Positions 40,487 through 52,157 of a DNA stretch of 64,000 nt are shown piece by piece; the stretch's first letter is position 1, and each line of letters starts with the position of its first letter. Under the pieces are notes generated by a model. That model was given only the letters and a program-made list of their open reading frames with translations. It was not told the origin of the DNA and ran no database searches. Source of the DNA: Bacillota bacterium (lineage in GTDB: Bacteria; Bacillota; Limnochordia; DTU087); NCBI GenBank assembly GCA_012798695.1, contig JAAZMR010000025.1, forward strand, positions 7,659 through 71,658, written 5' to 3'. The translations under genes and the position numbers were made by a program.

Positions 40487-42275
40487 TGCTGAGCACGGCC
40501 ATAAAAGCTTCCTGGGGGACTTCTACACTCCCCAGCTGCTTCATCCGCCGCTTGCCCTCCTTTTGCCGTTCCAGTAGTTTGCGTTTGCGGCTCACATCTC
40601 CGCCATAGCACTTGGCTAGGACGTCTTTGCGCAGAGCCCTAACCGTCTCTCTAGCCACTATTTTGCTACCTATAGCGGCCTGAATAGGTACTTCAAATAA
40701 CTGACGAGGTATGACCTCTTTGAGTTTCTTGGCCAGGAGTCGCCCCCGGTGAGCCGCCGCATCCCGATGAACAATACAAGACAAGGCATCCACGGGGTTG
40801 GCATTTAAGAGAATATCCAATTTAACTAACTGGGCTTCCCGGTAGCCGATCAGTTCGTAGTCTAAAGAAGCGTACCCCTTGGTCCTGGATTTCAGCCGAT
40901 CAAAGAAATCCATGATAATCTCACTCAGTGGCAATTCATAGGTAAGTTGGACTCGGTCGATGGTCACATACTCCATATTGACGAAAGTACCCCGCCGCTC
41001 CTGGCAAATTTCCATTACCGGGCCAACGAATTCCTCGGGAGTCATGATGACCGCACGCACAAACGGTTCTTCAATCCTCTCCAGATCACTCGCGGCCGGA
41101 AACAGGGCAGGGTTGTCTATATGCAGTTCACTGCCATCTGTTAGATACACATGATAGACCACACTGGGAGCAGTGATAATCAGGTTTAGCTCAAACTCCC
41201 GCTCCAATCTTTCCTGGATAATCTCCATATGCAAGAGGCCCAAAAACCCACACCGGAAACCAAAACCTAAAGCCACTGAAGTCTCTGGTTCAAAAACCAA
41301 AGCTGCATCATTCAGCTGCAATCTCTCCAAAGCATCGCGCAGATCGGTATAATCTTCATTCTCCACAGGGTAGAGTCCACAGTAAACCATGGGCGTAACC
41401 GGGCGATATCCCGGCAGAGGCACCGCAGCCGGATACTGGGCATTGGTAATCGTATCTCCCACCCTGGCATCCTTCACGTCCTTCATCCCCGCTATCAGAC
41501 AGCCAACTTCTCCCACTGCCAATCGATCCACAGCTACCATCTCGGGGGTAAATACCCCCAAGGAATCAACTTCAAAGTTTTTCCCACTAGACATCATTTT
41601 GATCTGATCACCAACAGACAGGCTGCCCTCCATCACTCGAATGTAGGCAACGACCCCCCGATAGGAATCGTAGTGAGAGTCGAAAATAAGAGCCCTCGGC
41701 GGTAATGCCTCATCACCGGCTGGTGACGGAATCCGCTGTACAATGGCCTCTAGGATCTCCTCGATACCCTGTCCCGTCTTGGCACTGGCCAAAATAACCT
41801 CATCGGCATCGAGCCCAATACTTTCTTCTAGCTCTTGCTTGACCCTACCAGGATCAGCCGCGGGTAGGTCGATCTTGTTAATGACCGGTATGATCTCCAG
41901 ATCATGTTCCAAAGCCAAGTAAAGGTTGGCTAAAGTCTGAGCTTCAATACCCTGAGAAGCATCGATCACCAACAGAGCGCCCTCACAGGCCGCCAGACTC
42001 CGGGATACTTCATAAACGAAATCAACATGGCCGGGTGTGTCGATCAGATTCAAGATATACTCTTGACCATCCCGAGCCTGGTACTGGAGCCGCACTGCCT
42101 GCAGCTTAATTGTGATACCTCTTTCTCGCTCTAGTTCCATGGAATCCAAAACCTGGTCAGCCATTTCTCTCTGGGATACCCGGCCGGTCTTCTCCAAAAT
42201 ACGATCAGCCAAGGTAGACTTTCCATGATCAATGTGAGCGATGATACAGAAGTTTCGAATATTATCCTGGCGCAT
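40476..42275 (-). CDS. lepA: Translation elongation factor 4 (LepA)
   Basis: [19 protein letters not shown]1 motif, DTPGHVDF. 599 aa with LepA C-terminal domain. Confidence 0.95.
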   Translation of the reverse strand: MRQDNIRNFCIIAHIDHGKSTLADRILEKTGRVSQREMADQVLDSMELERERGITIKLQAVRLQYQARDGQEYILNLIDTPGHVDFVYEVSRSLAACEGALLVIDASQGIEAQTLANLYLALEHDLEIIPVINKIDLPAADPGRVKQELEESIGLDADEVILASAKTGQGIEEILEAIVQRIPSPAGDEALPPRALIFDSHYDSYRGVVAYIRVMEGSLSVGDQIKMMSSGKNFEVDSLGVFTPEMVAVDRLAVGEVGCLIAGMKDVKDARVGDTITNAQYPAAVPLPGYRPVTPMVYCGLYPVENEDYTDLRDALERLQLNDAALVFEPETSVALGFGFRCGFLGLLHMEIIQERLEREFELNLIITAPSVVYHVYLTDGSELHIDNPALFPAASDLERIEEPFVRAVIMTPEEFVGPVMEICQERRGTFVNMEYVTIDRVQLTYELPLSEIIMDFFDRLKSRTKGYASLDYELIGYREAQLVKLDILLNANPVDALSCIVHRDAAAHRGRLLAKKLKEVIPRQLFEVPIQAAIGSKIVARETVRALRKDVLAKCYGGDVSRKRKLLERQKEGKRRMKQLGSVEVPQEAFMAVLSIED

Positions 42276-42480
42276 GGTTTCCCTCTCTTTCGCCCATACT
42301 CAAACTGTATTATAGCACTAGGCCCTTTTTACGACAACTATAGGCCTCATACTTCACTCTATCATATCAGACATTTTCAGTAATCTAGGGCTCATCCGCT
42401 CAATCGATCAAGCATGCTGGCATCTAGCCAGGAGTTCATTGTGCCCATGCCGAATCGAAATAAGAATTGGAGGTCAGCCC

Positions 42481-44049
42481 ATGTCAGCTAAATCTTTGTC
42501 CCGCACCGCTGCTCTAATGATGCTTCTGATTTTCATCAGTCGCCTGCTGGGGTTTGTACGGCTAAGAGCCGCTGCCGAAGTTTTCGGCCGCACTTGGCAA
42601 ACTGATGCCTTTAATGCTGCTTTTGTTATTCCGGATTTGATGTATTTTCTCTTGGTGGGAGGTGCCTTGAGTTCAGCTTTCATACCCGTCTTTACCAGTT
42701 ATCTGGCCAAAGGTGAAGAAGAGGAAGGTTGGGCGGTAGCTAACAGCTTTCTCAATACTATCTTCCTGATCCTGGTGGCTTTATCCCTCCTAGGGATTGC
42801 TTTTAGTCCCCAACTGGCACCACTGGTGGCCTACAAGTTCACCGGGGAACAGCGTGAACTCTTGGTTTACCTAATGCGCATTATGTTCCCAGCGGTATTT
42901 TTCACAGCCCTTTCAGGCCTAGCTGTCGGAGTACTCAACTCCTATCAGCGTTTTGTCTTACCTGTCATAGGTCCGATTATCTATAATATTGGTATCATCC
43001 TCGGTGCCTATATCCTGGGCCCTAAGATCGGGATTGTCGGCATGGCCCTAGGCACCGTAGCAGGGGCTGTGGGAAACTTCGCCCTACAGATGGTACAGCT
43101 GTGGCGATGGCGCCCCCATTTCCAGCTGAAGATCGAATGGCATCATCCTGGTATGCGGCGAATCCTAAGCCTGATGGCACCGGCCATTGTCAGCCTGTCC
43201 ATCGCTCAAGTGAACCTGATCATCAGCCAAAACCTGGCATCAGGGCTGGCTAAGGGTACCATCACCGCCCTGGGGCTGGCTAACCGCTTGATGCAGTTTC
43301 CCCTGGGAGTGTTTGCCATGGGCATTGCCCAAGTCATCTTTCCTACCATGACTCGACAAGCAGCCATGGCAGCATGGGGTGACTTTCGCCATACCTTTTC
43401 ACGAGGCCTGCGCAGCATATTCTTTATTACCATCCCTTCTGCTGTCGGTCTTTTGGCTTTACGAGAACCAGTTATTCGTTTGCTCTTTGAGGCGGGTGAA
43501 TTCGGTCCAGCCGATACAGCCGCCACGGCCCATGCTCTACTTTTCTTCGCTCCTGGACTGGTAGCCCTTTCTGGCACCCAGCTGCTTACCCGGATTTATT
43601 ATTCTTTACAGGATACCCGCACACCGGTGAAGGTAGGTATGCAAGCCATCATAATCAATACACTGCTGAGTATTGCCTTCCTCAGGTTCACTGATCTCGG
43701 CTCCGGCGGCTTGGCTCTGGCCTACTCACTGACCAACATAGCAAATATGACCAGCTATGTTCTCCGTTTAAGAAAACGCCTGGGCACTATTGATAGCACG
43801 CGCATCCTCACTACTATCTCTAAAGCCACCATTGCTTCGATTGGTATGGGCTTGGCCGTATATCGGTTGGCACATGTGATCGGGCTGCAGGTAGATCTCG
43901 CTACAAGCAGAGGCAGAGCTATCCAAGTGATGGTTCCCATCATAGCCGGTACACTGATCTATTTTGGTTTGGCCGCAGCGCTGCAAATGGAAGAGATCAA
44001 AGTCTTGGGGGAAATGGTTAAGGGCCGTAAGCTCAAGGAGGATAGATAG
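42481..44049 (+). CDS. murJ: Lipid II flippase MurJ (MviN)
   Basis: ~520 aa, 14-TM MOP-superfamily protein. Start set at ATG 42481 after GGAGG; the track ORF starts 42 nt upstream. Confidence 0.85.
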   Translation: MSAKSLSRTAALMMLLIFISRLLGFVRLRAAAEVFGRTWQTDAFNAAFVIPDLMYFLLVGGALSSAFIPVFTSYLAKGEEEEGWAVANSFLNTIFLILVALSLLGIAFSPQLAPLVAYKFTGEQRELLVYLMRIMFPAVFFTALSGLAVGVLNSYQRFVLPVIGPIIYNIGIILGAYILGPKIGIVGMALGTVAGAVGNFALQMVQLWRWRPHFQLKIEWHHPGMRRILSLMAPAIVSLSIAQVNLIISQNLASGLAKGTITALGLANRLMQFPLGVFAMGIAQVIFPTMTRQAAMAAWGDFRHTFSRGLRSIFFITIPSAVGLLALREPVIRLLFEAGEFGPADTAATAHALLFFAPGLVALSGTQLLTRIYYSLQDTRTPVKVGMQAIIINTLLSIAFLRFTDLGSGGLALAYSLTNIANMTSYVLRLRKRLGTIDSTRILTTISKATIASIGMGLAVYRLAHVIGLQVDLATSRGRAIQVMVPIIAGTLIYFGLAAALQMEEIKVLGEMVKGRKLKEDR

Positions 44050-44077
44050 CGAGGACTATTGCCCATAGAATAGGTGG

Positions 44078-45577
44078 CTAAAAGCCAGAAATAGTGCGCT
44101 GGATCTTGGGCTCAAAGATCTCCACTGCTGCTGATGGAGCTGCAGGGGTCTTTCTGGAGCCATCACGGGCGCGGCTGCCGCTTTGCAGCTGCCAAAGGGT
44201 TTCAGCCAGTACATCCGCCACGAAGTCTGCGGTCATTAATGCACTGTCGAGATGGTCGGAGTGCGCGCCAATCTCTAATAACAGAGAACCGGTATGTAAG
44301 TGTTGATTGTAACGAGCTCGTTCCTTGACCATTAGGCCTCGGCACAGGCCTGGATACAAACGGTCGAAATTCTCTTTGAGCAGCTGCGCTGTTTCCAGAT
44401 TCTGCCGCCAATTCCCGTGGCTCAGACTCGTGCCTGCACCAGTAGCCACTATAATCAATACCCCGGCCAGCTGCCTACCTTGAACTGTTTCTAGGGTAGT
44501 CCCCTCATCTCGGTGGATATCCAAGACCAACTGCAAACTCGGATATCTTTCCACCAGCATCTGAGCCGTTTTCTCTGAGTTGGAATAGGCATAAGCAAAG
44601 ACGGGATAGTCATGTACTTTGCTGGAATGCACGACGGGAATACCATAGCGCCGCTGCAATTCCCGTGTCAGACGCTCTCCCACCTGCACAACTCCCGGAA
44701 CAAGTCCTGCCCCGGGCTGAGCTACATCCCAAGCATAGCTTTTGGCGGAATTAACAGCTGCATCCCGATAAGTTTCTCCGGTATGGGTATGATAGATGGC
44801 CACCAGAGGTGAACTCCCCCAGCTAACCCGAGCCAGGCTCTCCAGCCTACTAGTTAGGCTGCTGAAATCGGCAGCCGGTTGTACGGACCGAGACTCACTA
44901 TCATAGACAGATACGGTGGTAGAGCCTTCTAAGGTGACTGACGGACCTGCCTCTCCAGTCACTAGGGCAGCATATCCCGGAGCTGAAATCATTACTTCCA
45001 CGGCCCCTGCCGGATCGCTGGAACTATCCTCGGAAGACTCCCTCCATGAAGCCGGCCCACCCAAGGAACCGAGGCTATAGCCTTCTATGCCTCGCTGGAT
45101 GATCCAATCCCACCGCAAAGGGCCAGAGGTGCTGCGCGAACCGGGAAAAGCCGCAGCCACCAGTGATTGCGGCTCGGCTAGATCATAATCAGTCACAACT
45201 TGGACAATGGATCGCAGTGTATTCGGTGACAGTTGAGGGCCGGAGGCTTTCTCCATTTCCACTAGCCTCGGTAGGCCTTCAGCCAGGATTGAACGTGCCA
45301 GTTCGCTGGTCAATGGTAAAGCATCAATCCAAATCGGGAAAACCTGGACGCTTTTGTCTCGAACCCAATAAAGGGCATGTTGAGCTCGCTGCCATGCAGA
45401 CTTATGAAAACCCGGCTGCATATTATTGAGCACCAGCAAAACTGCCAGGCCGGCCAACACCAAGTAAAAAAATCCCAGATTGCGCAATAAGCGCCGCGGT
45501 AAGCGACGACGCATACGTTTGCGGATAGTTTTGGTGTAAGATGGAATAAGTCGGCGCTGCCATCGCAAAGATACCAC
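44078..45577 (-). CDS. spoIIP: Stage II sporulation protein P (SpoIIP) family cell-wall amidase
   Basis: N-terminal TM. C-terminal SpoIIP amidase-like region. In the conserved gpr-spoIIP position. 499 aa, longer than B. subtilis SpoIIP. Confidence 0.7.
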   Translation of the reverse strand: MVSLRWQRRLIPSYTKTIRKRMRRRLPRRLLRNLGFFYLVLAGLAVLLVLNNMQPGFHKSAWQRAQHALYWVRDKSVQVFPIWIDALPLTSELARSILAEGLPRLVEMEKASGPQLSPNTLRSIVQVVTDYDLAEPQSLVAAAFPGSRSTSGPLRWDWIIQRGIEGYSLGSLGGPASWRESSEDSSSDPAGAVEVMISAPGYAALVTGEAGPSVTLEGSTTVSVYDSESRSVQPAADFSSLTSRLESLARVSWGSSPLVAIYHTHTGETYRDAAVNSAKSYAWDVAQPGAGLVPGVVQVGERLTRELQRRYGIPVVHSSKVHDYPVFAYAYSNSEKTAQMLVERYPSLQLVLDIHRDEGTTLETVQGRQLAGVLIIVATGAGTSLSHGNWRQNLETAQLLKENFDRLYPGLCRGLMVKERARYNQHLHTGSLLLEIGAHSDHLDSALMTADFVADVLAETLWQLQSGSRARDGSRKTPAAPSAAVEIFEPKIQRTISGF

Positions 45578-45651
45578 CCCACATTCCTCTGCAGCCAGTA
45601 TATGAGGAAAGGGGGAGGACTAGAACCCAGGTTGTACAACCACCCCTGCTC

Positions 45652-46875
45652 CTATACAGTATATTGAGCGGCTTGCTCAACATCCATCCCCGGATGTAGA
45701 GCAATATTGAGGCCGGCAGCTACCACCCATGCCGCATCAGCCATCAGAACATCAATCTCCTTGGGCGTCACTACCATAGTGCCCATATACGGTTCCAGCA
45801 ACTGACGCAGCACTCGGCGTTTGGTAGCTTCATCAATACCCGGTGAACCTTCTGCCGCCAGTCTGCGCCCCAGCCCTTGCATTTTGCTATGGGCTGCAGC
45901 ATCGGTAAAGGCACCATCACTGCCAACTTCCATAGCGATTCCCGAGCCGCCACTCAGCTTGATCCGACTCGGATCAAGAACCGAGGAATGCAGATCGGTG
46001 CTATCAGAAGGCACTTGCTCCAAAACAGCATCTGTCTCGGCAGGGGCTTGCTGTTCGCCTGCCTTAGTGATCATCTCCATTCCATCAGATACTAAGGTGA
46101 CAGCATGAATCACAGTAGGAACCCCAATAGCGATGACCGGTATACCCATACTCTCAGATGTGATCCCCATGCGCATATTGCCGATGCCAGAGCCCGGATG
46201 AATGCCTGTATCAGCTATCTGTGTAGTGGTACATAACCGCTCAGTACTGCGGGCAGCTAATGCATCGATACAGATAATCATCTGTGGTTTTACCTTTTCC
46301 ACTACACCCTGAATAGTCTCACCCGTCTCTATACCGGTGATCCCCAGGACACCCGGGGCCAACGCAGAAACCGGCCGCAAGCCTCCCCTCAATTCTGGTG
46401 GAGCCATGGTAAATAGATGCCGGGTGACTAACAGTTTGTTAATTACCCTTGGGCCCAACGCATCGGGTGTCGCATTCCAATTGCCTAAGCCCACTACCAA
46501 GATTGGATCCTCTTCGTCGAGTTCGTCTAAGAACGGCTCCAGTTCCCGGGCGATAATTTCACTGATCTCTAGTTGTACTTCGCGATTATGTTCTCGTAAA
46601 GCCGGTGATTCAATAGTTACATAATTGCCCTTTACCTTACCGATGGCCCGAGCACCGGCATCAGTCTCCACCCTTGTGCGGTTGATATTGGCATGTTCGG
46701 TGGCCTCGTTCTCTACAACTACACCAGGTATCTCGGGAGGGCCCTCCCGTCCCACGATCACCTCTGTAGCTTCCAGAGCTAAGTCGGTGCGCACGTTATA
46801 CTTCTCAAAGAATTCATCATCTGACCGAGCCACTGGGTTGATATCTTGAAAATATCTGTGATAGCTATACTGCAA
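45652..46875 (-). CDS. gpr: Germination protease Gpr (spore protease)
   Basis: RTDLALEA N-terminal motif and GLGNWNATPDALGPRV active-site region. TTG start. Adjacent to rpsT and spoIIP. Confidence 0.8.
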   Translation of the reverse strand: MQYSYHRYFQDINPVARSDDEFFEKYNVRTDLALEATEVIVGREGPPEIPGVVVENEATEHANINRTRVETDAGARAIGKVKGNYVTIESPALREHNREVQLEISEIIARELEPFLDELDEEDPILVVGLGNWNATPDALGPRVINKLLVTRHLFTMAPPELRGGLRPVSALAPGVLGITGIETGETIQGVVEKVKPQMIICIDALAARSTERLCTTTQIADTGIHPGSGIGNMRMGITSESMGIPVIAIGVPTVIHAVTLVSDGMEMITKAGEQQAPAETDAVLEQVPSDSTDLHSSVLDPSRIKLSGGSGIAMEVGSDGAFTDAAAHSKMQGLGRRLAAEGSPGIDEATKRRVLRQLLEPYMGTMVVTPKEIDVLMADAAWVVAAGLNIALHPGMDVEQAAQYTV

Positions 46876-47086
46876 GATGTGTCACCCTCACTTCCCTAGA
46901 TTATGCTCACTAGAAAATCGTCTCTGTTAGCCTAACCCATAAATCCCTAAACCATGTACCCAGCTGCCACCTCATTAGTCTTGCTGCCATTTTCTCGTTT
47001 GTGCAACCCTAGGTTCTAATTGCTTTCCCGTCAGGGGCATGATAGACTAGAGTGTACTGTGAAACGTGGAATGGGGGTGAACCATA

Positions 47087-47350
47087 TTGGCCAATATAGC
47101 TTCTGCCAAGAAGAGGATTCGGCTGACAAAGAAGCAGACCGCTCGGAACCGAACTGTTCGTTCAGCCTATCGGACTGCCATCAAACGGTTCGAACAGGCC
47201 TTGGCAGCCAATGACATCGAACAGGCCCAGGAGTTGCTGTTGGTAGCCATTTCCAGAATCGATTGGGCAGCATCTAGGGGTGTTATCCATAAGAACGAGG
47301 CTGCTCGCCGCAAATCCCGCCTGACCAAACGGCTTCGTCAAGCATCGTAA
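47087..47350 (+). CDS. rpsT: 30S ribosomal protein S20
   Basis: 87 aa, ANIASAKKRIRLTKKQTARNR...AIKRFEQA. TTG start after GGGGGTGA. Confidence 0.9.
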   Translation: MANIASAKKRIRLTKKQTARNRTVRSAYRTAIKRFEQALAANDIEQAQELLLVAISRIDWAASRGVIHKNEAARRKSRLTKRLRQAS

Positions 47351-47377
47351 GGGTGCGGATTGGGCCGCTATACATTT

Positions 47378-47406
47378 AAACCCCCCGGGAACGCCCCGGG
47401 GGGTTT
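47378..47406. terminator. Bidirectional GC-rich terminator hairpin between rpsT (+) and holA (-)
   Basis: AAACCCCCCGGG-AACG-CCCCGGGGGGTTT, 12-bp G/C stem with A/T-rich flanks on both strands. Confidence 0.6.
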
Positions 47407-47419
47407 GATCATCTTGGGA

Positions 47420-48475
47420 TCAATCTATGGATCGTGGTAGAACTTCGGTTAGGCGTATTACCAGAAGCTCCAGGGCTCTATTCGCTGGATGAAAGCCACT
47501 CTTGATCGCTCGATCTGCCTGGGAAATGACCCAAAGTGCTGCTCGCGTGCCATCGGAGCCCATGTACTGGCCCTGCACCGCGGCCCTCTGCACAGCAAAA
47601 CCGGGCACTCCCAGCTCTCGCCCGATCTCTGTCTGATTCATACCCTGCCGCGTGGCCTCACCGGCAAAAGCGATAATACGAAACTGCCGAGCGATCATGG
47701 CCAATATGGATAGAGGCTCCCGCCCACTAGCCAGAAGCTCCTCTAGCAGCTCCACAGCTAACTGCGTTTTCCCCTCCGCTACAGCATCAGTGAAACGAAA
47801 TATCGCATTATCTGCGACATCTCGCCCCGTAATGGCTATTCTCTCGATATCCTGCTCAGTGACTTTCAGGTCATGCTCATCCTTGTAGCAAGCCAATTTA
47901 CGTAGTTCATTCTCCAACTGCCACAGCGAGAGGCCCACTTGATCTACCAAGCTCTGGGCCACTTTGCGGGAAAGCTCAAGATCCAACTCCCTCCCCCGTT
48001 TCAACACCCAGGCAGCAGCTGCTGATGGATTTAGCCGAGGGACTTCTACCACCTTGCCATGCCTACTAATCGTGCGATAGAACTTGGTGCGCTTGTCAAT
48101 GCTTTGTACCACCATGATCAAGTGAGCATAGTCTGGCATGTCCTCCAGGAGGGGAAGTAAGCCTTCTGTCTCCGCGGCCGTCCAGCGGTGAGCATCTCCG
48201 ACGACAGCCACTCGCTTCGCCCCAAATACCGGCAAAGTGCTGAGAAAAGTTACTACTTCCTCACAACTAGCCTCTTGCGCGTCGAACTCTGCTAGATTCC
48301 AACCACCCTCATCCCCAGGTAATAGAGTTCTTTTGAGGGCTGCTATACCTTCTGCAACCAACAAGTCTTCCTCACCTGCAAATAAGTAGATGGATGCCAG
48401 ATGATCACGCTTTATATCCAAGATCAAGTCCTGATAGGTATATCCCGTTTGTTTTGCTTTGCGCACAATATGCAC
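47420..48475 (-). CDS. holA: DNA polymerase III delta subunit HolA
   Basis: 351 aa. Delta-subunit N-terminal RFC-like fold and C-terminal domain. Conserved comEC-holA-rpsT context. Confidence 0.8.
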   Translation of the reverse strand: MHIVRKAKQTGYTYQDLILDIKRDHLASIYLFAGEEDLLVAEGIAALKRTLLPGDEGGWNLAEFDAQEASCEEVVTFLSTLPVFGAKRVAVVGDAHRWTAAETEGLLPLLEDMPDYAHLIMVVQSIDKRTKFYRTISRHGKVVEVPRLNPSAAAAWVLKRGRELDLELSRKVAQSLVDQVGLSLWQLENELRKLACYKDEHDLKVTEQDIERIAITGRDVADNAIFRFTDAVAEGKTQLAVELLEELLASGREPLSILAMIARQFRIIAFAGEATRQGMNQTEIGRELGVPGFAVQRAAVQGQYMGSDGTRAALWVISQADRAIKSGFHPANRALELLVIRLTEVLPRSID

Positions 48476-48556
48476 CCCGGCTTCAATCAGCCAGCCCCAT
48501 GGGCACTCAGTAGGCAGTCGATCATCAACTCAAGCATCGGCCCCAGGACTGCTGGC

Positions 48557-51442
48557 TTATCTGTAGACTTCTTGCTTGCCTATGTTTTCGAGCAAACTAC
48601 AGCAAACCCTGCCCTTTCGCCGTATCTCCATTTCCCATTGCTGAATCACCGGCCTGCTGCCTATGCACCATGGTGGGTGATCATGATAAGCATCGATTTT
48701 GACATAATTGCCCCAGATCCTGATTCTGATGCTGCCCACCACGTCAGTGCGCCAGGGGGTACTTCCTGTTACCACCTCCAAAGCATGTAGATACTCGGGT
48801 GCAGGATGCCCAAAAGGATTCGTTCCCACAGACACCACCGACTGTGCAGGAGATACGGAACCCAAAAATGAGTATACCAAAGCTTCTCGAGAACCATGAT
48901 GAGGCACCTTCAGAAAGTCAGCACTGATGCCAAACCTGTCCTGCAAATCAAAACTATTTACTGGTGGCTCTCCTAGATCGTGGTTTGAAGCAACCTTTTC
49001 CCCATTTTGCAGCAATGCATTATACCGGACGAGCTCCATCTGTGCCAGTTTGTCGATATCGCCACAAAACAGGATGGAGTACTCTTTTGTTATCAATTTG
49101 AGAACCACGGAATTGTTGTTCTGATCTAGGCTCCGGGTAAGGGTATGCTGCGGTATGCCATCACTTCCCTCCCCAACCGGATAGAGGACTGCCAGTTCCA
49201 CTCCAGGGGCAAGAGATAGATAGTGACCTCGTCGCAATGCCACTCGCTCGATGCTCCTATTTGCCGGCAACCCTCGCAACACCTTCCTGTATTGTTGACT
49301 GGCAAACCCTCCATCTAGGAGGCCATTGTCACCGAGCAAATTGACCGGCAGCTCGCCCAGCACAGCACCTAAACCTTGGGTGTGGTCATTATGGAAATGA
49401 GTTGCCACTACCAGATCGAGCTTTCGTACACCCCGCTGCCGCAGGAAAGGCAAGACTATGTCCTTGCCCACATCAAAAGAACTCTCGGCTAGTGATGGCG
49501 GCAAACCTCCCCCATCGATCAGCACATTGCGTCCAGAAGGGGTCCTGATGACGATCGCATCACCTTGCCCTACATCTAAGAACGTAATCTCCAGTGGCCG
49601 CCATCGAGAAGCTGCCACGGGATAAAGGACCAGGCAACACAGCACAATAAGGCTTCCCCGCAACCAGGTTTTTCTGCCGCATCTGCCGGCGATAGATACA
49701 GGAATATCCAGGCATATACATACTGCTCTTTGCCTCAGATACCATACACCCAGGGTGAGAACAGAATAATAGACCAGCCAAGTCATCAGAGAGCCAGCGG
49801 AAAGGAACACCCTAGCCCAATTCCAGCCAGCAGACCAGGTGACTAGCTGATCTAGCCCTGCCAGCAAAGCCCCCATCCAGGAGCCCAAACAGCTTAGGTC
49901 AACCGCTAACCCCAGCATGCTACCCAGCAACCCCAGAGGTATGATTAGTCCAGCTGAAGGTACAGTAATCAAGCTGAGTAGAGGACCTATGATGGAAATC
50001 TCATGGAAGTAATATACTATGAACGGGAAAATAGCCAGCTGAGCACTTACGGAGATGATGATTAGATTGAGTATTCGAGCCACAACCTTGAGCAGCAAAG
50101 GGCTTCCCTTATTGGTCAAGGGGACACCTCTTTGGAGTACCGGGGCGAGGGTAAGAATACCTAATAGCGCCCCATAGGATAGCTGAAAACTGGTATCAAA
50201 AACCAAGCTGGGATTGGCGAGCAACTGCAGAAATGCCGCCCATCCTGTAGCTGCTAAGCGATCATGTCCTTTCCCCCACGCCAGGGCCAGAAGGTATAGT
50301 GTCAGGGTTATAGTTGCTCGCACGGCTGGGGGATTTCCTCCAACGATGAGTGCATACAACCAAGCGAACAGGATGCTGATCATGGACCTGACAATCTCTC
50401 GACAGGGTATGGCGCGTAATAGGAACCAAGTCCCTCCCACCACAAATCCCATATGTAAACCGGAAACGGAAAGCAGATGAGCCTGCCCGGTACGGCTAAA
50501 GGCTTCCTGCAGACCTGGCTCCAGTAAGTGTCGATCCCCAAGCACCATAGCTGCCAAGAGACCGTGAGCCCGGGGCGTGAGACAGTTTTCCCAGCTGGCG
50601 ACCAAGCGCCGGCGCAAGACCTCCACCTTGCCATACAGCCAAGGCAAACCACGGACCCTAGTACCCGCCTCTGTGAGGAGAATATCCTGAATGTCCAAAA
50701 GCAACAAGCCATCTCCCACATCTTCCAATTTCCTGATGCCATCATGTCCCTCGATATAGGCCGTTAACCCAATCCCCCGCCGATAAAGATAGTGGCGGTA
50801 GTTGAACTGGCCTGGGTTCGCAGCTGATCGGGGCCGTCGAAAACGAGCGGTGACTACTATCATATCCCCCACCCGGAGCTCTGGTTCAAAAGCCTCTCCA
50901 GGAGAAAGAGCCCGGGTAATCATCGCCCGGCCCCTATCTATTTTGATGCCTTCCGGCAACAAGATGCCTTTGATGTCAACTACCAGATTGCGCCGGAAAG
51001 AAGTCTTGTCAGACACACTCACCACTTGTGCTAGTACCGAGGCAGGGCGATTGGCGACTGTCAAATCCGATAGGTCACTTTCTATCCTTAACCAATATGC
51101 ACCCAAACTAGCTGCACCCGCTATGACCAGTAGTATCCATAAATTGCTTCCAGAAAACTTCTTATTGCCCCGAACAAACCTTACACAGCAAATCCCCCAC
51201 CAGCCCGCTGCAGACAGCCAGGTCAGGTAGGCAGGCAGGGCCAGTTTCTGGGCCAGTATGATCCCCACGGATAACCAGAAAACCATTCGCATGGCCAACG
51301 ATCTTCCCAGCCAACAAGTCATGCCGCAGTCCAGCCATCTGTGGAAGATGCGAAAACTCATGGTCAGTCCAGCTTGTACTCGCTCAAGCCAAGCCGGTAT
51401 TCTGTTCGTTTTTCCAGCCCCAGCCCATCGGGAGGGACTCAT
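48557..51442 (-). CDS. comEC: DNA internalization competence protein ComEC/Rec2 (with C-terminal metallo-beta-lactamase domain)
   Basis: 961 aa: N-terminal DUF4131/OB region, multi-TM competence domain, C-terminal MBL fold (HFHNDHTQG). ATGA overlap with the comEA stop. Confidence 0.85.
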   Translation of the reverse strand: MSPSRWAGAGKTNRIPAWLERVQAGLTMSFRIFHRWLDCGMTCWLGRSLAMRMVFWLSVGIILAQKLALPAYLTWLSAAGWWGICCVRFVRGNKKFSGSNLWILLVIAGAASLGAYWLRIESDLSDLTVANRPASVLAQVVSVSDKTSFRRNLVVDIKGILLPEGIKIDRGRAMITRALSPGEAFEPELRVGDMIVVTARFRRPRSAANPGQFNYRHYLYRRGIGLTAYIEGHDGIRKLEDVGDGLLLLDIQDILLTEAGTRVRGLPWLYGKVEVLRRRLVASWENCLTPRAHGLLAAMVLGDRHLLEPGLQEAFSRTGQAHLLSVSGLHMGFVVGGTWFLLRAIPCREIVRSMISILFAWLYALIVGGNPPAVRATITLTLYLLALAWGKGHDRLAATGWAAFLQLLANPSLVFDTSFQLSYGALLGILTLAPVLQRGVPLTNKGSPLLLKVVARILNLIIISVSAQLAIFPFIVYYFHEISIIGPLLSLITVPSAGLIIPLGLLGSMLGLAVDLSCLGSWMGALLAGLDQLVTWSAGWNWARVFLSAGSLMTWLVYYSVLTLGVWYLRQRAVCICLDIPVSIAGRCGRKTWLRGSLIVLCCLVLYPVAASRWRPLEITFLDVGQGDAIVIRTPSGRNVLIDGGGLPPSLAESSFDVGKDIVLPFLRQRGVRKLDLVVATHFHNDHTQGLGAVLGELPVNLLGDNGLLDGGFASQQYRKVLRGLPANRSIERVALRRGHYLSLAPGVELAVLYPVGEGSDGIPQHTLTRSLDQNNNSVVLKLITKEYSILFCGDIDKLAQMELVRYNALLQNGEKVASNHDLGEPPVNSFDLQDRFGISADFLKVPHHGSREALVYSFLGSVSPAQSVVSVGTNPFGHPAPEYLHALEVVTGSTPWRTDVVGSIRIRIWGNYVKIDAYHDHPPWCIGSRPVIQQWEMEIRRKGRVCCSLLENIGKQEVYR

Positions 51443-51975
51443 TGCCCTGCAGCTGTCTGTCCGTCAGTGACACTAACCATAGGCCGTAACCTGGCCAGAG
51501 TCTTCTCCCCAATTCCCTTGACCTCCAGCAGCTGTTGTATATCGATAAAAGGGCCTTGCTCTCTCCGATATTCCACTATGCGGCTGGCCAAGACCGGTCC
51601 AATACCCGGCAAAGACATCAGTTCCTCAAGCGAAGCTGTATTGATATCGATGGAGTCTGCTTGTGGGCTGGACTGGGACTTAGGGGGTGTTAGCTCTTCT
51701 GTCGTCATAGTCGGATCGCTGCCAGCCAAAACCTCCTCGATGATTTCTTGCTCTCCAGCTCTGCTCGTCAAAGGAGCACTCTCCTCATCTACCTCAGCAG
51801 ATGCCTTGGGCTCGTCCTGCTTGCTCTCCCCGGCCCAAAGCACTGGTTCCACTTCCAGCAACAACTCATCCTGATGGCACCAAAGCCGAAAGCCGCTACC
51901 TGCCAATATCAGGCACGTAATCACTAAAAGTACGATCTGTTCCATTCTACTCAATTGACTGGCCCTCATGGTCAT
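51439..51975 (-). CDS. comEA: Competence protein ComEA (membrane-anchored tandem helix-hairpin-helix DNA receptor)
   Basis: N-terminal TM. C-terminal HhH motifs ([25 protein letters not shown]...[15 protein letters not shown]). Confidence 0.8.
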   Translation of the reverse strand: MTMRASQLSRMEQIVLLVITCLILAGSGFRLWCHQDELLLEVEPVLWAGESKQDEPKASAEVDEESAPLTSRAGEQEIIEEVLAGSDPTMTTEELTPPKSQSSPQADSIDINTASLEELMSLPGIGPVLASRIVEYRREQGPFIDIQQLLEVKGIGEKTLARLRPMVSVTDGQTAAGQ

Positions 51976-52071
51976 ATCCCCCTTTACTTTCGTGCTATTT
52001 ACTACAGTATAATTTAACTTCTGGGCTGTGAAGGGATTTTCCTGCTAAACCATGACATTTCTTGAACTAAT

Positions 52072-52115
52072 GCATAAGAACCGAAAGAGGAGCTACCCCC
52101 AAGGATAGCTCCTCT
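52072..52115 (-). terminator. Putative rho-independent terminator downstream of leuS
   Basis: Minus-sense AGAGGAGCTA-N10-TAGCTCCTCT followed by TTCGGTTCTT. Confidence 0.45.
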
Positions 52116-52157
52116 CATGAATAGTATCGGCTGCTTGTATGCTAGAGGCCCTCGGCC

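Noticed and set aside
46876-47086. Looked for a sigma-G/F promoter upstream of gpr (CATAATC, with a weak GHATR-like -35).
   Set aside because: -10 and -35 matches are both imperfect and spacing is ambiguous. Not reported as a feature. Only the rpsT sigma-A-like TTGCTT-N17-TAGACT (47020..47048) on the other strand is mildly convincing, and it too was left out of the feature table.
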